From Klebsormidium nitens (lineage: Eukaryota > Plantae > Klebsormidiophyceae): a stretch of 64,000 bases of DNA. Every line of letters starts with the position of its first letter. Position 1 is the first letter of the stretch. The position numbers and the translations under genes were made by a program. Below, piece by piece: positions 52,201 through 64,000 of the stretch. The notes below the pieces were generated by a model. The model ran no database searches, had not been told where the DNA came from, and worked only from the letters and a program-made list of their open reading frames with translations. The stretch is from NCBI GenBank assembly GCA_000708835.1, contig DF237037.1:1-64000 (forward strand). Reading direction: 5' to 3'.

Positions 52201-54623
52201 CGAGCTCCAAAATCTCATGAACCGATGCTCAGTCCGATGACACCGCTGCGCAGATTGGCCTGGTCTTACTGAACAGAAATTCACCAACGGATGGTTTGAG
52301 ATGCACAGAAAGGCGTGCAACAAAACCATTGCTTCTCAAAAAGCGACGGAAGTTGAAAGTTCGTGCTGCTTACCTGCCCACTCGCTCTCCAGTTCTCCGG
52401 CCGACATGATGACTGGCTCCAGTCCCAATGCCCGGAAAATCAGCTCCACTTGGAAGGATTTCCCTTGGCCTTTGCCGCCCCACACGCCTGCATGGAAAGC
52501 GCACATGGTCAAGTCAAATGGGCAGTCACAAATGCCTTTGAAGAGAAAAAAAACGCAAAAGCACCACCCACACAGTCAACCTGCTTCAGGAAATAAAACG
52601 CGTTTGCAACAGCTGCGAGGGAGTAAGCTGTCGCCAGGTGTGGCTCTCACAAACGCTCGACTTTTATGGTTGCCAATTGGCGATTCGAAGGAACAGATTC
52701 AAGCATTCGCGCCTAATATGCATGCTTGGGATATTTCACGAATTGGGATCCAGGTTCGGTCTCACCAAGTATCAATGGTGTTCGTGCCTTGATTTGATCC
52801 GCCAGGAAGTTCTTGGCGATATGGGTCACTGCGTAAATACGGCAAACTCTCAGAAATAGAGATGGTTCGCTTGACCTGTTTCTTCACGACCTGTCTGGGC
52901 ATCTCTAGTCAACATGGCGAACACTCAATCAAACAACGGGTTTGCTTGACCTGCTTCTTCGCAACCTGTCTGGGGACCTTTAGTGACGGCTCAAGCAGCC
53001 TGCACTACTACTCGGGACACACAGAGTACTTCTTTGATCCAGATGCGATTCTCTGACACAATTTCAAGGTTTGGTTCAGAAGAATGGCAGTTAATAAAGA
53101 TGACTGCCGAAAGCACTAAGCCGCAGCAAGGGGGGCGGAGATAGTTCTTACCTACTTTGTCCTGTGGTCATGAGTGGATCCATGCAGAAAACCAGTCAAC
53201 GCGTGAGCCAAGAAGAAGCAGCCACATTAAGAAGCGCCCAATCACGGATGCATCAGCACTCTTCAAACGTCCGTCACGGGAGCGGTAAGCGAGTCCCAAC
53301 GAAATCATCCAAGCCTTGGCTCCTGTCATGAAAACAAAGCACACGATGCCGCTGTGGGGGAAGCCTCTTGTTGAAAGCTAGCGTCTTTCATAACTCGGTT
53401 CTGCTTCCGCCCTTTATGCTGGGGCACTCCTTACAACGAGGAGGCGCAACCTCTGCTTCACAGTGTGGAGCCTCTCTGACACGATTTGAATGTCAAACAA
53501 TGAAGGAGATGCGTACCATGAAGGCCGGTGCGATGTAGTAGTCGCCGTGAATGTGGCCAAACTGGCGGGTGACTTTTTGGCGGTACTTAAACACAATGTC
53601 CGCTGCACAAATGAAAAGCACGCCCCTCAATCGCTGCTCTCCAGGAAGCGCACTTGAAAACAAACTTCAAAAACCACCTTCAAAGCACATTTCAATGGCC
53701 GACGAGCTCAAAGCAGAACAGATGCTGATATAGGCGGACTTTGGCCTCAATTCTTTGCAGAAGACATATGCAGCCCAGTCGTACTCAATCTTATGATACT
53801 TTTCAAGTGAGTTGCAATCTGGCATGGTGCCACTTTGCATCGTAAGCACTGAGGCCTATTTGAGACGGAGCACATCATACGAAACATGAGAAACCCCACT
53901 GCAACTTTTGTGTAGACCACGTAAGGGGGCAGCTCGCTCACATTCCTTGCCGAGGAAGTCGCCAATGAACACGGAGTCAATCATCCCCTCCTTAGCACCC
54001 ACAACCATATTCACATTCTCCGACGCCTTCCCCAGATTCTCGATGTACGTCCTTCCTGTACTATCCTTTGCATCCCACGATGACCTGAACTTGCTTCCGG
54101 GCGCGTTCACATTAGCTTCCGTGCGCTTATTCACACCGGCCCCTTTGGTTCTGTTCGCACCGTCGGGGGCCGCTTCAGCTGCCCCATTGGTTGCAGTCTC
54201 TGGTCGGCCGTTCCTCTCAGACCCGTTCCTCTGAGTTCCTCTTGATGCGGCACGACACCGGCATCGCCTCTTTATTTGACTTCTAGAAGCGCCATCAGAT
54301 GCCATGTTCCCAGGACAGGTTGACAACTGTCGGTTGCTTCTGAACATGGTAGAGCTTGGTCGCGCTGAGGCCTCAATGCGGATCCTTGGTTTGGTCAAAC
54401 ATCTGAAAGGTTGGAGAGTCTGGGCCCTTCCACACAGCGTGGCAGCTCCTAGAAAGTCAGAGCGCAGTACGGGGTCTGCTTTATGAAGCAAAGCGATAGG
54501 ACCCATGACAGGCGGCGATGTAATCTGGCGCTCGAAGGTTTTCAGAGAGGAGACAGAACTGTCCCCCCCCGTGAGGCCCGGGCTACAAAGCCCTAACCTT
54601 CGCTGTACGCTGAACGCTGCCAT
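49208..54623 (-). CDS. Rubisco activase-like AAA+ protein (At1g73110-type), 12 exons including a 10-nt microexon
   Basis: Exons 54623-53942, 53602-53517, 53161-53152, 52828-52766, 52487-52374, 52069-52008, 51785-51731, 51325-51124, 50727-50623, 50334-50279, 49930-49841, 49345-49208. Motifs: SSWDAKD, GDYYIAPAFMDKV, Walker A GVWGGKGQGKS, IMSAGELES, Walker B LVINDIDAG, TGNDLSTLWAPLIRDGRMDKFYW, LDFYGAMRSR. Confidence 0.93.
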
Positions 54624-55206
54624 GGTGCCTTGCTGTTTTGATCGTGATCAACCTTCGCCGTATTAACCTTCAGCGCTGCCTGGCGCAGAGCAGAGCGTAT
54701 TAGGAATGACTCTTGAGGGACGCCAGAGGGCGCGCACTTGAATCCCACCAGCTGGCCTAGGCTGGGGAGGGCGGTGGGCTGCAGCCTGCTGGGCAGTCTC
54801 TGGAGACTGGGTGCCAGGTGCTGCACGGTGCACCAGCATTCAATGCTGCATTGAGCAGTGGAGTCTGGGCCAGCCGCCTGTGTCAACAGAATCTCGAATT
54901 GCTTCATATCTAGGCACGTGGTACACACGTCACCGACAAAGCTGGATTTGATTGGTTGAAACCTAAAGTTTTCGGACCTCTCTACCCAGAACGCGTCCAC
55001 TACTAGTTCTTAGCAGAAAAGGGGGAATCCGCCCTTGCAAGGCGGCCCGCCCAGGGCCAGGGATCCGGGGGGCTTCAGTTTGGAAAAAGGCGCTCAAACC
55101 CAAAGAAACGCAAGGGCCACATCGTTTTACTCTTAGCATCTCCACATTCTTTTGAGCTGCTTTTAGAGATATTACCATTAAACAACAACAATCCTGTTCA
55201 CGGTGG
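54624..55206. promoter_or_regulatory. Short divergent intergenic region between the RCA-like gene and RH39
   Basis: 583 bp between opposing ATGs at 54623 and 55207. Confidence 0.5.
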
Positions 55207-58200
55207 ATGCCCGTCAAGCCTGCCGCAGCCAGAGGGAGGCAGCTTCTCGTTGCAATGCAGAGGGCGTCGGCGGGCCTTAGGCTCGCTGCTAGCCCCACCA
55301 CTCCCATCAATGCTTCACAAACCACGGTCAATCGCCAGCTGGCCACTACAAGCTGGACAGCTGGCGCTACAGGTGGAGAGCGCGCTGCAATTTGGGCGCC
55401 CACGAGCTATGTGCTCAGAAGTTTGAGCGAATTGTCTTTGATTGCCCGACAGCTATCGTCGTCATCTTCAGCGTTTACAAGCCGTAATGCACTTCCTGTG
55501 TATCTTGAGAATGCCAACGCGGTGAGAACCGTTACCACAAGGGCGACTCTCGCATCGCTCTCCCCGCTGGAAAAGCTGCGCGAGAAGGTGAAGAGGGATT
55601 CCTCAATTCTGGACATACCGTTACCATATGTGGGGCAGCTGCCCGCGCAGGACCGGGTGGCCGATGGTGGCGAGCCGGCTGAACGGGATGAGGGGTTTAG
55701 GATTTTAGGGTTGCGGGAGGATCTGCTCAAGGCGGTTGAGGAAGGGCTGAGGCTGGAGCAGCCGACCGAAATTCAGGAGAAAGCAATCCCTGCGATTCTT
55801 GAGGGGAAGGACATTATTCTTGGAAGCCATACCGGGTCGGGCAAGACGCTGGCATACCTGCTGCCAATTATCCAGGTACGAGGTGCTGTATCATGATTTG
55901 ACCACATTACAGGAAAGTGGTCTACTTCTTACATTGATGGGTTGCTCCAATTTCGTTAAATCCAATTTCAAGTTATGCGACAAAAACCCTAATTTTTGCA
56001 AACCCTAAAATCTGCTGCTTGATGCATGACTGGTGCTCGAACGATTTGTGGCAGGAACATTGTCTTTGGTGTATCAGGCAGGAGTGTTTATGGCTTTGGT
56101 CTTAGCTGCTTACGTTCTGCTACTAAACTGAGGGCTCCTTTCGAACACCTTCCAAGCCTGATGCTCACTTGAAGCGTTGTGGATACAGGCCCTGAAAGAA
56201 GATGAGGTGGTAGGCGGGTTCAGGGGCTCAAGGCCCCGACGGCCAAGAGCGATTGTATTGGGCCCCACCAGAGAGCTGACCGAACAGGTAAGCAAAATCA
56301 ACACACTGAATTTCCTTGATGTCTCAGATGTATACACCAACATCGAGGAATCTTTTTCTTGACGTAAATAAGTCTCTCCTTTCAATGGGCTTTGAGCAGG
56401 TGGATGAAGGTACTTCAGACTTTGAGAGTCGACACATGTTGCAGTGCTACTCTTTCCGCTTCTTCTCAAAATAAGCATCGGCAATCACCTTCAAAAGGGG
56501 TTTTACGGCCCCACTTACCTGATGACAGTCTGGCTGCACTTTTTGTATCACCTACCACCTTGAGCTTTGGGCGTCACAGAAGATTTGCTGCGCTTTTCAA
56601 GTTGGGCCGTGTGGATGTGCCGCCCTGTCAATGGCAAAGTGCCTTGCGGAACCATGATGCCCCCAATATCCATGAGACGATAGTGTCCCATATTCTGGAC
56701 TTCCTCTGCAATCCTTTCTATAGTGACTCCCAACTTAAACGGACAGCCAACTCTGCTTTCAGGTTTCGCGGGTCGCTAAGTCCCTGAGCCATGAGTGCAA
56801 GTTCAGCTCCGCCTTGATAGCGGGGGGGCATGGGGATAAGGACCAGGCAGAGAGGCTGAACATGTCGGTGGACCTTCTGGTGGGCAGTCCGGGGCGCTTG
56901 CTGCAGGTGAGTCGCGGGAGTGTTTGGAGTATGATTGGACACAGGGACCTTTTGAAACTGGGGACTGGATGTGTGGATTGTAGTTTTCCAAGTTCTCAGT
57001 GGTTGGTACAGCGACTTTGAAACAGGCGGACTTATTTTTGGGGGAGCTCTGCACAGAAGGACCATATTGGGTTCTGTGATACAGATAACGTCTATCCAGA
57101 CCAGTTCATTTCTACTGGCGGTAGGATTCTTTATTCTTGACGTGGTCGAAGTTGTTCAGAGTCGTTCGTAAGCCCAAAAGCCAGCTGAAAGTGGTTCACA
57201 ATTTTGCCAGTAATCTGCACTGAGCCTTAAGAATGATGGAAGCGACTTACACTTGAAGATCCAAGCACAGCAAGATTTACTGCCATTGGCAGCACACCAA
57301 AGGCTACCGAATTGCGCGGGGCAACTAGCGTGCAACTAGCGTGAGGTAAAGTTTCGCTCGATTGGGCTTCGCTTGGGTACAAGCTCCTCTGATGTTCGTC
57401 TCTGGTGTGCTTAAAGTGGGCGTAGGCCATGCATGGACACCCCAAGGCCATCTACGGTGGTGGGGGCCCAGATGGTCGAAAGTGCAATCTGGTCCGTCAA
57501 AAAAAGACTCAGATGCACGGAGTGCGCATTTCCGGAGCTTTGAAATCGGACGCCCAAGCGGGATCCATGTTGATCAACTTCAAAAGCTAATGTCCACACC
57601 GCGCTTCTTCCCGCAGCACGCGCAGCAGGGGCACCTGTTCTGGGGCGACGTCAAGTACCTCGTTCTCGACGAGGCGGACACCATGTTTGACAAGGGCTTC
57701 GGCCCTGAGGTGAAGCAGATTCTGGGGCCGCTACGGAATAGGGGGGGAGACATGCAGGTCGTGCTCGTTACAGCCACCCTTACAAAGGTAAGAGCTGCCC
57801 GCTACTAGTTTGCAGTTACTCTCGGTCTAGTGGGATTGAAGAAGTTGGTAGGCAAAAGCTGCCTGCTATTAACGTGCAACCACTCTCGATTTGGTGGGAT
57901 GAAGTGGATTGTTTACTGGCAATCTGAGTTCGTTGTGTCCTCGGATAAGTTGCGGATGGTGTTTGCCTTGATGCTGCTGATCGTTTCGGGGTATCTTGCT
58001 GATCGTTTCGGGGTATGTCTTAAGCCAAGAATTGCATGCCGGAAATCAGTGCCGTCAGGCTCCTCTTTCTGCTACAATAACCTGTGGGTTTCTGTTGGCA
58101 TGTCAGGTGAATAGTACTTCTCTCAACCCTCTTTACAAGAAACTATTGAGTGCCGACATTGCAACTTGCTGACGTGGCGATCTTTGATTGGCAGGCGGTG

Positions 58201-60320
58201 AAGCGGCTGCTGGAGGAGGAGTTCCCCGGGATTCAGCACGTCACCACAACTAGTATGAATAAGAAGGTGTCCACGTGCCGCCACGACTTCCTGCCGGTTG
58301 CGGGCAACCTCAACAAGATGGACGTTCTCGTGCAGGTACGACCGCCGTGTTCAGGCAGTCCCGACAAGAATGCTCTAGATGTTGTTTGCTGAAAGCTACA
58401 ATGTCAAAGCTCTTCTGAAGCTTTGTTTGCAAAGCAGCGCGTTCGTGTGATGTCTCCAACGGAGTTGGTTTCTTGGGAGGCCGAGGTGGTCTGATTGGTT
58501 CGTAAGTTGACGTCAGATTGTTCGTTTTGGCGAGAGTTGTTCGTTCGTTCCTCTCCAACGCATTGCTCTGCAGCTCGCCGCAAGTCTGTCAAGTCACTGG
58601 GCGCGCCACCCAGTCTCTTCTACATTTCAGAAGAGTCGTTTCCTTTTAGGCCTGGATTCAACATTGTGATCAACCTGGTCCTCCTTGTTTCCACTCTTTG
58701 CTGACGCGGTATTAAAGCAAGACTTGTCCCACAATCTTTTCCGTAACCAATCAAGTCATGTCAAGAACACCTTGGTAGATGTTAGCGATCCGAAGTCTGG
58801 CTCTAAAGTTCCCAGCGACGTTTCTTTTGACGCCGACCCATTCTGCGCTGACATGAGCCAACCACTCCTTCTCAGGTGGCCTCCCCCGCACAATCTCGTG
58901 GGCAGCGCATGATGGTCTTCTCCAACACGGTCGCTTCCTGCCGAGCGGCGGAGCACTACCTCAAGGAGGCGGGCCTGCGGACGGTTTCGTACCACGGGGA
59001 AGTGCCGTCCGGCGAGGTGAGCGTCTGAAGCGTGTCACAGCTCATTGCGTCAACCCGCCATTTCAGCTGTCAAGGTTGGATTGTGGTCCGCAGTCTTGAG
59101 TCGTCCGCTCCACCAGTGATCGTACGGTCTGTAAGTGGAGGATTCATGATCCGAGCATCGGAACCCGTCAGCAGTCTGATTGCGAACAGTTGTGGTGATA
59201 TCAGTTTTCTTTGAGGGCTGTGTCTACCTCAACAGTCTCGAGAAGACATTGATTGGAGGTGCAGGGCGGGGTGAAGGCGCCGAGTTGACACCTTCTGGGT
59301 TCCCGGTCTGGGTCATCGTTGAGCGTTCCCGGGCAGTGCAAAATAGCAGGCTTATTGAGCGCAAGTCCTTTGTGTCCTATCTTTGCTGCCTGGTTCAAAC
59401 TTTGTATCAGCAGGATCGGAGAAGAACGTGAATTCTGGGTTGCCAATCGAGAACCTGCCTGTTAATCTGATGAACTACAATCAGCGCCGTCGTAACTTGT
59501 AACTACATTTTCCATGAAGAGGGTTTCACGTGTCCCTCTTGTGGCTGGTGCACACTGCATCTGTTACGGATTCTCTTATTCCCATACTGACCGACCGCAG
59601 TTTGCCAAGTCTTCTGACGTCGTTTCGATGTTCTTGCAGAGGATTGCGAACCTCGAGGCATTCCGCACGGGCCAGCCTCTGAACCCCTCAAAACGGGACC
59701 CATGGGTGTGGGAGGAGGACTCGGAAGAGGACGAGCCGACCGTTGCTCCCATTCTAGTTGCCTCCGACTTGGCTGCCCGGGGGCTCGACTTGGAAGTAGA
59801 TCTAGTTGTCAACTTCGACTTCCCGAAAAACCCGGTAGACTACCTCCATAGGTCGGGGAGGACGGCTAGGAACGGGGCGAAGGGGAAGGTGACGAGTTTG
59901 GTGACGAGTCGGGATAGGGTATTGGCGGACCAGATAAGAGATGCAATCGCGCGGGGGGAAAGCTTGGAGCAGCTCTCGAGCAGCCGCGAAGTCGCGGAGG
60001 GGATGAAGCGGAAACGGATAGAGGAGCTTAGGAAAGAGAAGGATAGGGCCGCCGGGGTGACGTCATCTGTCGGCAGACCGAGGAAAGTTGTGGCTAGCTC
60101 CGCGGGGGTGGGGGTCAAGAAAATAGTGGGGGGAAGAGGGGGGGGCATCGGGGTTGCGAAGAAGGTGGAGCAGAATCGGACAGCCAAGAGTCGAGGGGGC
60201 GATGATAAGCGGCCACCGCTTATACCGAAGGGGACAAGGGGGGCGGCTAGGGCAGTCGCAATGGGGAAGCCGGTGGAAGAGAAAGGAAAGAGCCGCTTTG
60301 CGAGGGCTGCAAGGCGGTGA
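55207..60320 (+). CDS. RH39: Plastid DEAD-box RNA helicase 39 (NARA12-like), 7 exons
   Basis: Exons 55207-55875, 56189-56287, 56763-56906, 57617-57787, 58196-58335, 58876-59016, 59640-60320. Motifs: Q motif [83 protein letters not shown]. Basic C-terminal tail. Confidence 0.92.
55984..56008 (+). promoter_or_regulatory. Two telo-box (AAACCCTAA) motifs in RH39 intron 1
   Basis: aaaccctaa at 55984-55992 and 56000-56008. Regulatory role is inferred from plant telo-boxes in translation and ribosome-biogenesis genes. Confidence 0.35.
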
Positions 60321-60886
60321 TTGTGAATGACCTCTTGAAACATTCTGGTTCCCCGTCTTACATGCGTTGCCGCAGCGAAGTTCTCAAATGCCATGCCATT
60401 GAGTTATGTTGGATATGGCTCGTCGAGATTGGTACGTCGACAAATTATGTCCCTTACTATCATATCCCCGAAGCCTTCCGTGAAGTTGATGAAGAAAGAG
60501 GTCAAATGGATCCCGGTTGCAAAGATTGCTGTTGGCGCTGCAAAGTGGCAAGTCAAATTCCTGCATCAGTAAGAGCATATCTGTAGAGGTTCTCAAAAAT
60601 TTGCATCAGATGCGGCACTGCAGCATAGCCGCCGCTTGCTCAAGATAGTAACCGTGTGTTAAGGTGACCACCTTGGTGGCCTCGCGCAATGCAACATGAG
60701 GCTTGCGGTGAGCAGCCGATCAGCTCGATCAAATACGACAGAGAAATGCCGAACCAATCAAGAGCATATCAGGTGTCATATTAGGCCCCATACCTGGCAT
60801 GTAACTTGCACGTACATGACGCATGCATCTAGCTGGCAAACCTAGCCGAATGGGCATCATGCATGTCTGGCAACTTGCAAGCCTGA

Positions 60887-61518
60887 GGGGCGATTCGCAC
60901 CCACGCAGATAAGGCCAACTTTCCAACGAATCTGAATCCTCTTCGCACATAAATCCAAATAAGCTTATCTGCATACGCCCCCGTTCGCACCGCCGGCTGA
61001 TTACCGATAACTAATCTGCGCGGCGTTCGCACCGGCCGATGGGTACGCAACCATGAATCTGCCAATGGCGTTCGCACATAAATTCAGGTTTGCAAGTTTT
61101 TATCGGCACTGCGTTCGCACATCCCAGCAGATAAGCGGTCAGATACGATGAATCTGAAATTCCTTATCGACAGATCCAAATTTGCCCGTAGAACGAAAAG
61201 GATAGGCCGTAGGTCCTTTAAGCTGGATTTTCCAGTAGGTACTTTTCAGTACTTTGGGCCTTGGCAGCACCAGGATCCCGTACTTGAAATTTCAGCCTCC
61301 ACGTTTCGACTTTTATCGTCGAAGATTGCTCGAAAAGCTATCCAGCGATACGGATGTCATATTGCCACCTTTTCAGATCAGTTTAGCGCAGATAGGCCAA
61401 TCTGAACGGTGTTCCAGAATATGGCCCGACCCAACCTCCGTATCTGAACGGTGGAAGTCCTTCAGATCAGATAAATCGGCTTATCTGATCTGGAAAATGC
61501 TCGGGTGCGAATCGCACC
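60887..61518. mobile_element. Non-autonomous PIF/Harbinger (Tourist-like) MITE, 632 bp
   Basis: 16-bp terminal inverted repeats GGGGCGATTCGCACCC / GGGTGCGAATCGCACC (1 mismatch), with a 3-bp TGA duplication at 60884-60886 and 61519-61521. Internal repeats of ttcgcac, atctgaa and cagataa; no transposase. Confidence 0.8.
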
Positions 61519-61534
61519 TGAAGCGGAAGACGTA

Positions 61535-61816
61535 CCGTAGTCCAACGTGATCATTCCGACCGGATTTTCCAAGTAATATTTTCCAACAATCCGACCAGGA
61601 ATGCGGAATTACTTGTGCGGATTCCGACCAGAATCCGAATGCCCTATGTTCAGACGCATTTTAGGGCTGATTTGAGCAGTTTTTGGCCTTCCGAAGCCTA
61701 TTTCAGAATTATTTAATCTTTCCGAATTTCCACTTTCCGAACGGGAAACCTGAATTTCTGACTTTCCGAATGCAAATAATTATTTATTTATTCGGAATCA
61801 TTACCTTGGACTACGG
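61535..61816. mobile_element. Non-autonomous Tc1/mariner-pogo-type MITE, 282 bp
   Basis: TIRs CCGTAGTCCAACGTGATCATTCCGA / TCGGAATCATTACCTTGGACTACGG (25 bp, 3 mismatches), flanked by TA on both sides (61533-34, 61817-18). Many internal TTCCGA repeats. Confidence 0.85.
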
Positions 61817-62991
61817 TACTGTTGTTGCACCGGCCGGCAGGGACTTCTTCAGACTTCAGATGCACTCTGAGCTATCGATTAGGCACTCCGGCAATCGACG
61901 GCTGTAGAAATGACACTCGAGCCTTGACTTCTCCAGGCTTGCCGCGCTTGGCCCTGGCTGCTCGCGCCGAGGTCAGAGCCTAGACTCTAGAGCCTGAGTT
62001 GCACTTGCAAGTTGCATTCGATTTTGAAGGAAACCTGGAAAGGAAGAGGACGGACGCTCCAGCCTCTAGGGTCTAGAGCTTAGTCTTGATTAAGTAGGAC
62101 GATAAGTAACAGCATCTGCATTGGATCACGCTCATTGCTAGCAAAGCCCGGAAAGCCAAACTTCTGCTTAATGAGTTTGCACCAGCGAGTGCAAGGACCA
62201 GTTCTGCATTTGAAACTGCAATTTTTGGTGACGGGTAAGTACAGCAAGCCGTTTGATATCAAGTTAGCCGCATCTTCTGGTCGTGTTTGGCATTTCTTTT
62301 CTTTTGGTTGGGATTGGTCTTGGACAATGCTCACAGGTAAATTTCAAGGGTGTGACATTTGGAGCATCATGTAAGGCCTGTATTTTTTGGTATGTAATGC
62401 TCGCATCAGATTGGCAGGTAAAAGGGACTATCCAAAGTCCTTGAGACATGGTTTTGCACCACCACATTAGTCTGGTTGCAACCAGCTGCGTAGCGCTTCC
62501 TACTAGGTGGTTTGTGTGGCTGGCAGGCTTCGTATGCCCTTGTGGAAGCCTTGATGCACCACCTTCTGGTTGAAAGTGGATCGAGCTGGCCGTGACCACC
62601 AACCACTGGTCCTGTTCATTGTTTTGCCGGTGGCATAGTGGAGGAATGGGCTTGCCACCATTTGGTGGCAGGAGAGCTTCAATGTGCAATCTTCGTGTGG
62701 AGCAGCGCAAAAGCATTCCACATGCTCATGCTTAGACTCAAAGGGGAAAAGACGTCTGGCCCATTATGGTTCTTTCACCACTTCCATGCAGGAGTCAACA
62801 TCAGTGCCAGGCAGACACTCGAAGGCAGCGCTAGAAACCTGTGAGCCTGCGCAGGCTCCTGGACAGGCCCATCGTTGCTCAGAAGACCTCCCCTGGTGAT
62901 GATTGACCACAGCAAGGCCCAGCAAGCGTGCTTTTAGAACTTAACCTCAAGGGCGCCAGAAGAAACGGGCGCGGGGCCTAGGTTAAAAGCG

Positions 62992-63977
62992 ATGGCGTCT
63001 AGTTTTGTGCGGTGCCAGCAGTTGGCTAGCGGTAGATGCTGCCTAGAAACACGGGCTTGTGAAAATCGGACAGCGGATGCGAGGCCCCTAGCAGCGGCTT
63101 CTTTGGAGAGAAGGGGCTGCAAAAGTAGGACAAGAGCAGAGGGGATCTGCTTAGCTCAGTCTAAAACGTCTCTGTCTCTGCGGAGAAGATGTAACCGAGG
63201 GGCAGCCCACACAACGCCGTTGGGAAGGGGGGCATGCGCACTAGGCTCTCAAAGTTGGTAAGGACCGATCACGGACTCCGTGACAGATCTATCTGAGACA
63301 GGAATTCTGAGACGAGCTCTTGAGAGGCATGTTCTAGAATCGTTTTCGATTTCCTCGACTCTTTGATTAACGCTGTCTCCAGTCTGACTTGAGAGATATT
63401 GTCTGCATGATGGGTGCAGGCAAAGTCCCTGGGGATTGCAAATTTTGAGCTGTCTTGCGCTTTTTGCTCGACCGAGCTCTGACTACTAGACGGATGCATC
63501 GCACTCAGCTAAGGCAAGAAGCAAAGAGACACCTATCACTGACATGTTGAGCTTGTCTGTTTCTGAAGGCTTGGGTCACGAACACCGCTGACACCTGGGC
63601 ACACTATCAGCGAAAGAAGGCGTCAAAACGGTTTCGTTTGTATGGCTGCGGTAAGTGTTTCCGAATTTGGGCTTCTCTCCTGGTTCTAAGGTCTTCTTAG
63701 ATCTCGGTGTCATGACGTACTCCTCCCGTAGTTCCCCGCAAAGTCCGGTGCACCCGCCTCTGTCACACTGCGCGCTGGAGGAGTTCTAGGCCTTGTTCTC
63801 GAATCGCAGGGTCCTGGGACACCTATTGTGCCTATTTGGTGGCCGTTGCCTGCAGCGGTCTGACAATGGACCATTCATGAAGCGTGAGGACTTGGTCGAC
63901 TGTGCCACCTTTCTTTGCAGGAACAATACCTGCTCGACAAGCTGGATTCGGCTGAACGCACACACAAAGAGCTGTCG
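62992..63977 (+). CDS. APG3: Plastid peptide chain release factor 1 (APG3/prfA-like), 5' partial; continues beyond the window
   Basis: Exons 62992-63257, 63611-63650, 63921-63977 splice in phase. They give a transit-peptide-like N-terminus ending FVCMAA, then EQYLLDKLDSAERTHKELS, resembling plant APG3 MAEPYLIRKMESVEKTWKELS as I recall it. Confidence 0.7.
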
Positions 63978-64000
63978 GTAAGTGCTTTGCAGCCCACTCA

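Noticed and set aside
57976-58016. Short direct repeats in introns (gctgatcgtttcggggtat x2; also about 57322-57343, 24428-24457, 52870-52980)
   Set aside because: Ordinary local slippage duplications that include neither exon sequence nor splice sites.

Overview
Eukaryotic, intron-rich nuclear DNA with GT-AG introns mostly 150-1400 nt long and GCTGAC-like branch points. The plant-type, plastid-targeted gene content suggests a charophyte alga, probably Klebsormidium (inference; no database check). I reconstructed nine conserved spliced genes by hand. In order they are a METTL21-type lysine methyltransferase (+), a PDE327-like plastid FAD oxidoreductase (-), ARPC4 (+), plastid GGPP synthase (-), a DM13/DOMON/cytochrome b561 protein (+), a CLASRP/SWAP-like SR protein (+), a Rubisco-activase-like AAA+ protein (-), plastid DEAD-box helicase RH39 (+) and the 5' part of plastid release factor 1/APG3 (+). 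Three pairs sit head-to-head less than 600 bp apart. Between them lie accessory stretches containing an intronless, GC-rich secreted Cys-repeat plus amidase/NlpC-P60-like gene with one frameshift, an AAIGP-repeat protein with a fungal Mug135-like C-terminus, an orphan membrane protein, a degenerate tRNA-like Pol III unit, a 485-nt assembly gap and two adjacent MITEs. The most unusual pattern is four separate tandem duplications, in GGPPS and the DOMON gene, each spanning a splice junction and each with a 132-150 bp period. All family assignments come from recalled motifs, not from searches.
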